Made by a program: the position numbers and the translations under genes. Of a stretch of 64,000 bases of DNA, positions 18,849 to 26,853 are shown piece by piece. The first letter of the stretch is position 1. Each line of letters opens with the position of its first letter. The DNA lies in IMG/VR virus record IMGVR_UViG_3300031519_008340, positions 23,898 to 87,897 of that record. The stretch is one strand, 5' to 3'. The DNA comes from a virus. Taxonomy: Duplodnaviria; Caudoviricetes. Below the pieces are notes generated by a model that ran no database searches, was not told the DNA's origin, and was given only the letters and a program-made list of their open reading frames with translations.

Positions 18849-20282
18849 TTAACCTACAGATCCTTCCATGCTTATTTCTAGCAGTTTATTTGCTTCTGCG
18901 GCAAACTCCATTGGTAATTTTTGAAATACTTCTTTACAAAAGCCACTAACCAACATATTAATTGTGTCTTCAGTTGGTATGCCTCTTTGCATACAGTAAA
19001 ACATCTGCTCGTCACTCAACTTGCTTGTGGTTGCTTCGTGTTCACAAGTTGAACTGCTGTTTCTATTTGATATCACAGGCACAGTTGAAGCACTACATCC
19101 TGATCCCATCATTAAACTGTCACACTGAGTAAAGTTTCTACTGTTGGTTGCCCGTTTCATTATCTTTACTTCTCCACGATAGGTGTTGGCACTTTTGCCT
19201 GCACTTATACCTTTTGATATGATTGTGCTTTTGGTGTTTTTGCCTATGTGTATCATTTTGGTTCCTGTGTCTGCTTGTTGTCTACCATTGGTCAAAGCCA
19301 CACTGTAAAATTCTCCCACACTGTGATCACCCATTAAAATACAACTTGGATACTTCCAAGTCAATCTAGATCCTGTTTCAAACTGTGTCCAAGTTATCTT
19401 ACTGTGTTTTCCTATGCACTTGCCACGTTTGGTAACAAAGTTGTAGATACCACCTTTGCCTGTGATAGGATCTCCAGGATACCAATTCTGTATAGTTGAA
19501 TACTTTATTTCTGCATTATCCAACGCAACCAATTCAACATTGGCGGCATGCAATTGATTCTCATCTCTCATAGGTGCTGTACACCCTTCAAGGTAACTGA
19601 CATAACTGTCTCTTTCTGCTATGATAAGTGTTCTTTCAAATTGTCCTGTGTTGGCCGCATTTATTCTAAAGTATGTTGATAATTCCATTGGGCATCTTAC
19701 TCCTGGTGGAATATACACAAAGGATCCGTCTGTGAACACTGCACTGTTTAAGGCCGCAAAACTATGGTCACTGATCGGGATTACCGAACCCAAATACTTT
19801 TTTACTAGTTTAGGATGGTTCTGCACTGCTTCACTAAAACTGCAAAAGATGATTCCCATCTTTTTTAATTCATCTGAAAAGGTTGTAGCGACTGATACAG
19901 AATCAAATACAGCGTCAACAGCCACTCCAGCAAGTTTTGATCTTTCATGTAAAGGTATTCCTAGTCTTTCAAAATCCTTCTTGATCTCAGGATCAACTTC
20001 ATCATATGATGCAGGGCCTTTTTTTGGTGCTGAGTAATAACTCATTGCTTGATAGTCAATGGGCTCAATGTCTAGGTTGGCCCAATTAGGTTTTTTTAAA
20101 ATTTTCCATCTGTCAAATGCTTTTAGTCTAAAATTTAACAACCATTTAGGTTCTTTTTTAATTTTACTAATTTGTCTTACAGTATTTTCGTTAAGTCCAG
20201 GGGGTAAAGTTTCAGATTCTACGTTCGTAGTAAATCCTGCTTCATATTTTTTGTCTAGAGTTTTTTGAAGTACGTCCTGCAT
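18849..20282 (-). CDS. sufB: Fe-S cluster assembly scaffold SufB
   Basis: [64 protein letters not shown]; full length, no intein. Confidence 0.96.
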   Translation of the reverse strand: MQDVLQKTLDKKYEAGFTTNVESETLPPGLNENTVRQISKIKKEPKWLLNFRLKAFDRWKILKKPNWANLDIEPIDYQAMSYYSAPKKGPASYDEVDPEIKKDFERLGIPLHERSKLAGVAVDAVFDSVSVATTFSDELKKMGIIFCSFSEAVQNHPKLVKKYLGSVIPISDHSFAALNSAVFTDGSFVYIPPGVRCPMELSTYFRINAANTGQFERTLIIAERDSYVSYLEGCTAPMRDENQLHAANVELVALDNAEIKYSTIQNWYPGDPITGKGGIYNFVTKRGKCIGKHSKITWTQFETGSRLTWKYPSCILMGDHSVGEFYSVALTNGRQQADTGTKMIHIGKNTKSTIISKGISAGKSANTYRGEVKIMKRATNSRNFTQCDSLMMGSGCSASTVPVISNRNSSSTCEHEATTSKLSDEQMFYCMQRGIPTEDTINMLVSGFCKEVFQKLPMEFAAEANKLLEISMEGSVG

Positions 20283-21034
20283 TATACTTTTTTAATAGGA
20301 AACATTTTGTATTGTCTGTCTGTAACTTCAGCAATGATGTTTATGCTTAATCTTTCTGTCTCAGAATTTAATCTTGGAGTCACTCCATGCACAGCTCTAT
20401 TTGTGTTTAAGAACATTACAAAACAATTTGGCTTATATTTTATAGTTTTAACAACTTCTCTTTTTGTTTTTTCTAACAGTTCTCTACCGTTTTGTCTTGA
20501 TACTTCAAACACAGGATCAGATTTGTAAATTACAAAATCTCCACCTTCTGCTTTATCTTCAGGTTTACGCATATACAATAGTCCTGCATAAATTTCAACA
20601 GGATTATCCAAATGATCAGTTCTTGTTGTTTCTTTTACTGGATTATGTATAACAAATTGTGTTTCAGTAACAACTTTGCTTTCTCCCGAACCTCTTACAG
20701 CAACTTTTTGTTGTTTTAAAAAGTCTATATGTTGTATATGTTTTTCAAACAAATTTAAAACCTTACTATAATATTCTTGGGAGGTATGAGCTTTAAAAAA
20801 GTTTTCCCAGTCTTCAGATACAGGCACAATTTTTTTATTCAATACATCATTAGACATATATCTAAAAGTGTGTCCGCCGATAATTTCAAGTTTGTCTTTT
20901 ATTTCCTGTACTGGCCAATTGTTGTATAATTTTTTATATACGTCTTCGGGTAGTGCATCTTCTATTATTACGTGAGGATACGGATCTTCAAAGTAGTGTT
21001 TGGCAGGATCAAATTTGTCTAATACTGTAATCAT
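20282..21034 (-). CDS. 2OG-Fe(II) oxygenase
   Basis: DHLD (HxD), [13 protein letters not shown]...AVHGVTPR...RLSIN. Start ATG 21034 overlaps the upstream TAA; its stop overlaps the sufB ATG. Confidence 0.8.
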   Translation of the reverse strand: MITVLDKFDPAKHYFEDPYPHVIIEDALPEDVYKKLYNNWPVQEIKDKLEIIGGHTFRYMSNDVLNKKIVPVSEDWENFFKAHTSQEYYSKVLNLFEKHIQHIDFLKQQKVAVRGSGESKVVTETQFVIHNPVKETTRTDHLDNPVEIYAGLLYMRKPEDKAEGGDFVIYKSDPVFEVSRQNGRELLEKTKREVVKTIKYKPNCFVMFLNTNRAVHGVTPRLNSETERLSINIIAEVTDRQYKMFPIKKV

Positions 21035-21708
21035 TAACTTGAAAATAGGTTGATTAATTCTTTTTTCCACACGTCGGCATATTCGCACTCTCTGTATCCA
21101 TCAAACCATGGACCACCCTCTGTGTAGTGTAGTATTTTTGGTTTGCCATCTTGTGGTTCTTTGTACCACTCAACAAGCCAATTGTATTCTAGAGGAAGTT
21201 GTCCAATTTCATTGTCTTCCAACCAACTAAATCTGTGTAAAAATTTTGCATCTTTTTCGTTTAGTAATTCTGGAGTGAGCAGTTTGTTCTTTGGATGTTC
21301 GCAGTTCCAAAGCACCATGCTTGACCAATTTTTTCTAGGATATACTGTTTGTACTTGCCCGTCCATTTTTGTGCCTTCTTTGGGTTTGTAATCGTGTTGC
21401 ACACAGACAACTGCTTTCGATGGGTCACAGTATTTTACTAATTCATGACTAGGAATTTGCCATACAAAATCACAATCACAAAACACTGCCCAACCTTTAA
21501 AATCGTTTAGGTAAGGAATAAAAAATCTTGTAAATGTAAATTCTGTAGATGCTAATTTATCAACAGGTCTGGTGTACATACCCTGTTCTCTCATCTGTCT
21601 TTGTTTTAATGGTATAACTTCAGCTGATGGGTCTCTTCTTTTAATACTGTGTTCACACACTTGGTAAGCAATATCTTCTCTGCTGTCGTGTCCTACATAA
21701 ACTTTCAT
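21034..21708 (-). CDS. GT8-like glycosyltransferase
   Basis: MKVYVGHDSRE, STEFTFTRF, FCDCDFVW (DxD), RKNWSS, ILHYTEGGPWF. Start 21708 is 5 nt after TAAATA. Confidence 0.75.
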   Translation of the reverse strand: MKVYVGHDSREDIAYQVCEHSIKRRDPSAEVIPLKQRQMREQGMYTRPVDKLASTEFTFTRFFIPYLNDFKGWAVFCDCDFVWQIPSHELVKYCDPSKAVVCVQHDYKPKEGTKMDGQVQTVYPRKNWSSMVLWNCEHPKNKLLTPELLNEKDAKFLHRFSWLEDNEIGQLPLEYNWLVEWYKEPQDGKPKILHYTEGGPWFDGYRECEYADVWKKELINLFSS

Positions 21709-21737
21709 AGTCATATTTACACTATAAATATCAGCAC

Positions 21738-22463
21738 ATGAAAATTTCCGAACGTTGTAGAGCATATGAACAAAAGTTTCCTTTTACTCCTTGTGAGGGC
21801 GATACAAAAGTTGAAACAAATACCAAAGGGTGGAGTAGGCACAAACAATACAGCATACCTAACAGCATCAGAAACGAAAGTAGAATGTTCTGGTGTTTTG
21901 GTGTATCAAGAGAAATTAGATTTGAACTAGCTTGTAGAAAGTATAATAAAAAAGCAAAAATTTTAACTTTTGATCCAACACCGTTATCACAACAAACAGT
22001 AGACAGTGCTAATAGAGGAAACTATAAAATTGAACATACACCAAAAGCATACGATACTGAAAGCGGAAAAACATTAAATTTTTATGCAATTGATGAAAGT
22101 TTAAAATGTTATCAATTAGACAAACCCGAAATATTTTACAACATAATAGAAGTAGAAACAATTAATTTAAAATCAATACTTGATACACATGGTCCTAATG
22201 TTGATGTAATTAAATTAGACATTGAAGGACGTTGGTATGAAATGCTTAAAGAAATACAAGATTTAAAATTGCAACCAATAATAGTTTTAGTTGAGTGCGA
22301 AATGTACATTGGCAACACTGATGAAGCATTTGCTAAACTAGACTCAATAGTAGAACTCTATGAACAAGCAGGGTACACTGTGCGTACTAACAGACAATTA
22401 AGAAATAATTCTAACTGTGTTGAACTTTGTTTTATTAAACAAGGACACGGAATAGAGCTTTAG
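21738..22463 (+). CDS. FkbM-like methyltransferase
   Basis: MFWCFGVS, LTFDPTP, VIKLDIEG; TATAAATA at 21723-21730, 7 nt before the ATG. Confidence 0.65.
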   Translation: MKISERCRAYEQKFPFTPCEGDTKVETNTKGWSRHKQYSIPNSIRNESRMFWCFGVSREIRFELACRKYNKKAKILTFDPTPLSQQTVDSANRGNYKIEHTPKAYDTESGKTLNFYAIDESLKCYQLDKPEIFYNIIEVETINLKSILDTHGPNVDVIKLDIEGRWYEMLKEIQDLKLQPIIVLVECEMYIGNTDEAFAKLDSIVELYEQAGYTVRTNRQLRNNSNCVELCFIKQGHGIEL

Positions 22464-22831
22464 TTTAGCTGTCCGCTGTCCCTCATTTTTTGTCTTATTT
22501 TAGTGGCTGATATTTTTTGAACTGCTTCTGGTAGCACAATTTCTTCTATTTTATAACCAACACCTCTGCCATAACATATATTTGTAATATTAGGCACTAA
22601 AATAATTTTAAATTGTCCAGTATATTGTTCAAGTGCAGTTTCAATGTTAGCTTTTACAGTTTCAAAATCAAATGGATTGTCATCTATCCCTTTTACATCT
22701 CTAACCATTATTAAAACTTGTCCTGTTTTCTTTAAGATTTCTTCAAATAGTTTTTGATGGCCCGCATGCCATGGTTGCCATCTGCCTAACATTTGTGCCG
22801 TTGGTTTTCTATTGTCCCAATTATTTTTCAT
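22460..22831 (-). CDS. HxGH-superfamily nucleotidyltransferase
   Basis: MLGRWQPWHAGH and C-terminal ISATKIR. Confidence 0.75.
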   Translation of the reverse strand: MKNNWDNRKPTAQMLGRWQPWHAGHQKLFEEILKKTGQVLIMVRDVKGIDDNPFDFETVKANIETALEQYTGQFKIILVPNITNICYGRGVGYKIEEIVLPEAVQKISATKIRQKMRDSGQLN

Positions 22832-23264
22832 TTTTATCTATATCCTGTTTAATTAAAAACGCCCACATCTCTGCGTCCATATGTGGTACTTTGTAATTAA
22901 AATGTTTAGGTGGTACAAACATTTTATTTGTGTCTTCAAATCTACCTTCTTTTATTGTGTCCATCCAGATTACATAATCAGCGTTAAAGTCTTCTCTTGT
23001 TTTTTCTGTTGGACAGACAAAATCAGCAATTACATTTCTGTTTTCTTTCACTGCGGCTTCTGCCATGTCTTTCATTCTGTTTGCTTGTCTAGTTCTACCT
23101 TCGGGAGAAAAATCCCAATCGTTTGCTTTTTTTCTTACTTCATCTGCATTAAGCCATACTGCATTTAGCATTGGTACCAATTTTTGTGCTAATGTAGTTT
23201 TTCCTGATCCGGGCAAGCCACAGATTAATATTTTCATTTTTGGTTTATCGCTGTGTACTTGCAT
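22821..23264 (-). CDS. cysC: Adenylylsulfate kinase-like P-loop kinase
   Basis: ILICGLPGSGKTT, WLNADEVR, DWDFSPEGRTRQA, F..P motif; the start may be ATG 23237. Confidence 0.7.
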   Translation of the reverse strand: MQVHSDKPKMKILICGLPGSGKTTLAQKLVPMLNAVWLNADEVRKKANDWDFSPEGRTRQANRMKDMAEAAVKENRNVIADFVCPTEKTREDFNADYVIWMDTIKEGRFEDTNKMFVPPKHFNYKVPHMDAEMWAFLIKQDIDKNEK

Positions 23265-23279
23265 TTGATATTATTTTCT

Positions 23280-23864
23280 TTAGGTTACTAGTTTATGTAT
23301 TTCTGACCAATTATTTACTCTTGTAATATTTTCATCGTAAAATTCTTCGTTGTAACTATGGCTATAAAGTATTGGCTTCAGCCCGTACTCAAGACCTTTT
23401 TTTGCATTTGTCCACTTGTCTTCTATCCACCAAAGTCCTGTACCGTGAAATTCAGCAAGTGCAGAATCTTTGTGATCACCTGTTTTAAGTATAATAAAAT
23501 TCTCAAAAACAGTGCCACCAAACAAATCTTTTAATCTTCTTTTTCTTAATTCTTGTGCTGGTATGTCCATTGTTTGTGATGTGATTGGAATAAAAGTCCA
23601 ACCTTCTGCGTGTAGTAATTTTACCCATGTTTGTGAGTCAGGCATGGGTTCTTGTATCGCCATCCACGCGGATCTATTAAATTCTTCTATTAAATTTTCT
23701 TTTAAAATTTTCTTAATACCATAACGTTCCTCCATTGAATATGTTTTGTGATAACCAGATTGCAATTCAAAACCTCTCATTGTCATCCATTTACTGAAAT
23801 GTTTTTCCCATTGCAGTAGTACTCCGTCAACGTCTGTAAGTATTATTCTACTTGATAGTGGCAT
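23280..23864 (-). CDS. HAD-family 5'(3')-nucleotidase-like phosphatase
   Basis: ILTDVDGVL (DxDG), ITSQ, WWIEDK. Confidence 0.75.
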   Translation of the reverse strand: MPLSSRIILTDVDGVLLQWEKHFSKWMTMRGFELQSGYHKTYSMEERYGIKKILKENLIEEFNRSAWMAIQEPMPDSQTWVKLLHAEGWTFIPITSQTMDIPAQELRKRRLKDLFGGTVFENFIILKTGDHKDSALAEFHGTGLWWIEDKWTNAKKGLEYGLKPILYSHSYNEEFYDENITRVNNWSEIHKLVT

Positions 23865-24306
23865 CTTCCATTCCTGCTACTCTTAATTTTACAATGTTTG
23901 TAATTTGCCATTGTTTTTGATCTAACCCTTTGGTGATGCCTAACCAACGATTACGTAAAAGAGCAAATTCATTTATAATTTTTTCTAAATCAACAACGTC
24001 TGCTTCGCCGTCAACATATTTTTCACAATCTCTAGAACTTAATGCTCTTTGATAATTTTCTAAATATTTTTTAAATCTTTCAGCTCTTAAACGTCTACGT
24101 TCAATGTTAAGATATTCTAATATTGCTTCAATCTCTTGTAGTTGTTGAAATCTGTGTTCTACTATTCCAGGCATAGATGCACTAGCTCTTTCTAAATTGC
24201 CCCAGATACCGCATTCTTTACGTGCAGATTTATATTCGTCGTTGTAATGTATTATGCAATCAGGAATTTTAGAAATGTCTTTGCTTACTGTTGTATACCA
24301 ACCCAT
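23848..24306 (-). CDS. uvsY: Recombination mediator UvsY
   Basis: KKYLENYQRALSSRDCEKYVDGEADV...KGLDQKQWQITNIVKLRVAGMED. Confidence 0.8.
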   Translation of the reverse strand: MGWYTTVSKDISKIPDCIIHYNDEYKSARKECGIWGNLERASASMPGIVEHRFQQLQEIEAILEYLNIERRRLRAERFKKYLENYQRALSSRDCEKYVDGEADVVDLEKIINEFALLRNRWLGITKGLDQKQWQITNIVKLRVAGMEDATIK

Positions 24307-24563
24307 TAATCCTCACGCCAGTTTTCGTCGTTGTCGTTATCACCGTAAGCATCGTCTGCATCGTCTTCTAGAACAATTTTGATTGCTTCGGTAAGTTTTT
24401 CGTCATATTCCATTGACGCCTTTAAAATTTGATAATCTATGCTTTGGTCAACTAATGTTTTTACAAAGTCAACTGCACAATCTAGTTTTTGTCTTTCGGG
24501 TACGTAGTGGGAAATAGTAGTCCAAATTTCTTCAATGTGCGTACTATCCATTGTCTGTTCCAT
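24306..24563 (-). CDS. Hypothetical acidic protein
   Basis: 85-aa ORF coupled between uvsX and uvsY. Confidence 0.65.
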   Translation of the reverse strand: MEQTMDSTHIEEIWTTISHYVPERQKLDCAVDFVKTLVDQSIDYQILKASMEYDEKLTEAIKIVLEDDADDAYGDNDNDENWRED

Positions 24564-25602
24564 CTTCTGCTGTCTCCTGGTCAGTTATATTAGCAAAGTC
24601 ATGCATGACTTTTGTTAATTTATCACCTGTCCAGTTTTTTCGGAACTCTATTATCTCTACCCCTTTAGGATCAACATACTTTAATCTGTTACCTTGTTGC
24701 TTTATTATGCCTTTTTTCTCAAATAAATCAAGCAATCCTGAATACGGATTCATTCCTGTTTCGTATGGAATTTTAACTTGTACACTTTCAAAAGGTTTAG
24801 CATACCTTGTTTTCATTACTTTACAAGCCGCTCTAATACCTCGTACATCTGTAACTTTGTTGCCTGCTTCATCTTCTTTTAATTTAAGTTTCTTCATTGC
24901 AACAACAATACTAGACGCATATATAAATCCTTGTCCTCCTGATATCTTGTCGTCTGGATCAAACATATCTTGCGATGCGTATGTGTGGTTCGTAGCCATA
25001 AGTCCTACGTTCCATGAACCAAACATATTAACACAGTTTCTTACAAGAGCTGTCAATGCCTTAGGCTTACGACCCAAGTCACCTTTCATCTCACCTTTGT
25101 TAAACTGATCTACGTCAGTTGGAGTAAGCAACATACCTAACGAGTCAACTACAAATAAAACTTTTGGTGCGGCTTCTCTGTTCTCCGAGTGTTCTGCTTT
25201 GTATTCTTTCATAAACTCAGATACAGTTTTTGCTACATCATCAACCATTGATAAACTTAATTTTAATAATTTTTTTTCATCTGTGTCAACGCCTAGTGCT
25301 TTCAACCATGCTTCGTCTAGTGCATTCTCAGAATCAACTAATATTACAAATATTCCTTGATCCTGTGCATTTTTAATAATGTTGCCTGATGCAATATATG
25401 ATTTACCTGCACCAGACTCACCGGCAAGTACTGATACTTTGCCTAGGGGAATTCCTTTTTCAAAGTCTCCGGATATCAAATAGTTTAAGGCAAAGTTTCC
25501 TGTTGAAATCCAATCTGTTGGATCATTAAATCCTATGCCTAATCCTTGAATACTTTTTGTAATACTTTTTCTAAATTTTGTAGCGTCAAATACTTTTGTC
25601 AT
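24544..25602 (-). CDS. uvsX: RecA-like recombinase UvsX
   Basis: LAGESGAGKS Walker A, VDSENALD, VVDSLG, NHTY, SGGQGFIYASS. Confidence 0.93.
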   Translation of the reverse strand: MTKVFDATKFRKSITKSIQGLGIGFNDPTDWISTGNFALNYLISGDFEKGIPLGKVSVLAGESGAGKSYIASGNIIKNAQDQGIFVILVDSENALDEAWLKALGVDTDEKKLLKLSLSMVDDVAKTVSEFMKEYKAEHSENREAAPKVLFVVDSLGMLLTPTDVDQFNKGEMKGDLGRKPKALTALVRNCVNMFGSWNVGLMATNHTYASQDMFDPDDKISGGQGFIYASSIVVAMKKLKLKEDEAGNKVTDVRGIRAACKVMKTRYAKPFESVQVKIPYETGMNPYSGLLDLFEKKGIIKQQGNRLKYVDPKGVEIIEFRKNWTGDKLTKVMHDFANITDQETAEDGTDNG

Positions 25603-25609
25603 GTGTGTC

Positions 25610-25708
25610 CTATAATATTATCCAGAGTACTATCACAACCAATATTGCCCATGCAGGAACTTGTTTGTATAATATCCAGTCAATTGCTTTTTTAATTTTG
25701 TTTTTCAT
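25610..25708 (-). CDS. 32-aa single-pass membrane peptide (not in ORF track)
   Basis: MKNKIKKAIDWILYKQVPAWAILVVIVLWIIL*; starts 6 nt after a consensus -10 and ends 7 nt before the uvsX ATG. Confidence 0.65.
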   Translation of the reverse strand: MKNKIKKAIDWILYKQVPAWAILVVIVLWIIL

Positions 25709-25714
25709 ACTATA

Positions 25715-25766
25715 ATAATACTACCGTTTGGCTTCAGTGTCAATATGTTTGCTGAAGCCAATGGTA
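25715..25766 (-). promoter_or_regulatory. Sigma70 promoter overlapped by a long inverted repeat (also a likely gp32 terminator)
   Basis: TTGACA (25743-25738), 17 nt, TATTAT (25720-25715); inverted repeat TACC..TTGGCTTCAG / CTGAAGCCAATGGTA with the -35 largely in the loop. Confidence 0.75.
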
Positions 25767-25774
25767 ATTTGTGT

Positions 25775-26752
25775 TTACTTCGCTTGTCTTGATCTTATTA
25801 ACTTTAAGATGTCTTCCGCTCTTTTAGCACTGTCTGTGTTTGGCTGTGCTGGAGCAGGAGTAGACTCTGCAGGTTTTGCCGCTTCTACAACTGTTTCTGC
25901 TTTTGTTTCAGTTGTTGTTGCAGTTGCTGGTGCACTAGCAACAGGTGTTCTATTACCTGTCATAGCCGCCATGCCTGCTGGTCTAAAGTATTGTCCATAC
26001 TTCTCAAGATCATAAGCCTCACCGTCTACAGATTTTTCAAATAATTCTTTGATTATTTTTACTTCTGCATCGGTTGGTTCTTTGGGTCTAAAGTCCGACA
26101 AATTGTGTAAACTATTTTTGTCAATTGCGGCTCTTTCTGCTTCATCAAGTGGTCTTTCTCTTCTTGACCATTTTGATGTTGAGTAGTCTGCATAACCACC
26201 TTTTGACGTTTTAGTTATTCTAAAGTCAACACCTTTCACGTAATCAGTTGGCAGTTCTTCCATTTCTGGATCAAGTAGTGCCGCTCTGATAATGTTAAAA
26301 ATTTGAGGACCAATAATAAATCTTCTTATTGGATTCTCTGGTGTTGCATCTTCATTTAATGGATTTTGTGTAACAAAACCTTGGAAAATGTATGATTTTT
26401 TCTTCCAATATTTTCTACCCATGTCTTCCATTGATTTGTCTTTGAACCATGGTCTTACCTCTGTAAGAATTGGACAAGTTTTTCCGTACATCTCCATACA
26501 AGGTACTTGTACCTGTACAGGTCTTGAATCTGTTTGTCCTTTGATCCCTGCAAATGGCAGTTTGATCATGTTCCTTTCAGTCCAGAAAAAAGTGTTTGCA
26601 GAATCCTTATCTGGTAAGAATCTTAGAACTGCTTCTTGTCCTTCCTGTATATTCCAATGTGGATATATGGCGTTGTCTCCGCCTGTGTTAGAAGTGGAGC
26701 GATTCACTTCTTGGGATTTTAACTTCGCTCTTATTTCAGCCAATGTAGCCAT
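25775..26752 (-). CDS. gp32: Single-stranded DNA-binding protein
   Basis: AVLRFLPD, VPCMEMYGKTCPI, YWKKKSYIFQGFV, KGGYADYSTSKW; AGGAGG SD upstream. Confidence 0.88.
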   Translation of the reverse strand: MATLAEIRAKLKSQEVNRSTSNTGGDNAIYPHWNIQEGQEAVLRFLPDKDSANTFFWTERNMIKLPFAGIKGQTDSRPVQVQVPCMEMYGKTCPILTEVRPWFKDKSMEDMGRKYWKKKSYIFQGFVTQNPLNEDATPENPIRRFIIGPQIFNIIRAALLDPEMEELPTDYVKGVDFRITKTSKGGYADYSTSKWSRRERPLDEAERAAIDKNSLHNLSDFRPKEPTDAEVKIIKELFEKSVDGEAYDLEKYGQYFRPAGMAAMTGNRTPVASAPATATTTETKAETVVEAAKPAESTPAPAQPNTDSAKRAEDILKLIRSRQAK

Positions 26753-26853
26753 AATGTAAGCCTCCTTTAGTTGTGCCTATGTTTGTTTGTGCCTAAATGT
26801 ATCTTAAGCATTACACTTAATATACACACTTATTTATCTAAAGTCTACTACTA

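Noticed and set aside
7729-23264. DNA hypermodification pathway as the role of the glycosyltransferase island
   Set aside because: No hydroxymethylase/thymidylate-synthase-like or queuosine-type genes were seen, and promoters are late-type. It is disfavoured, not excluded.
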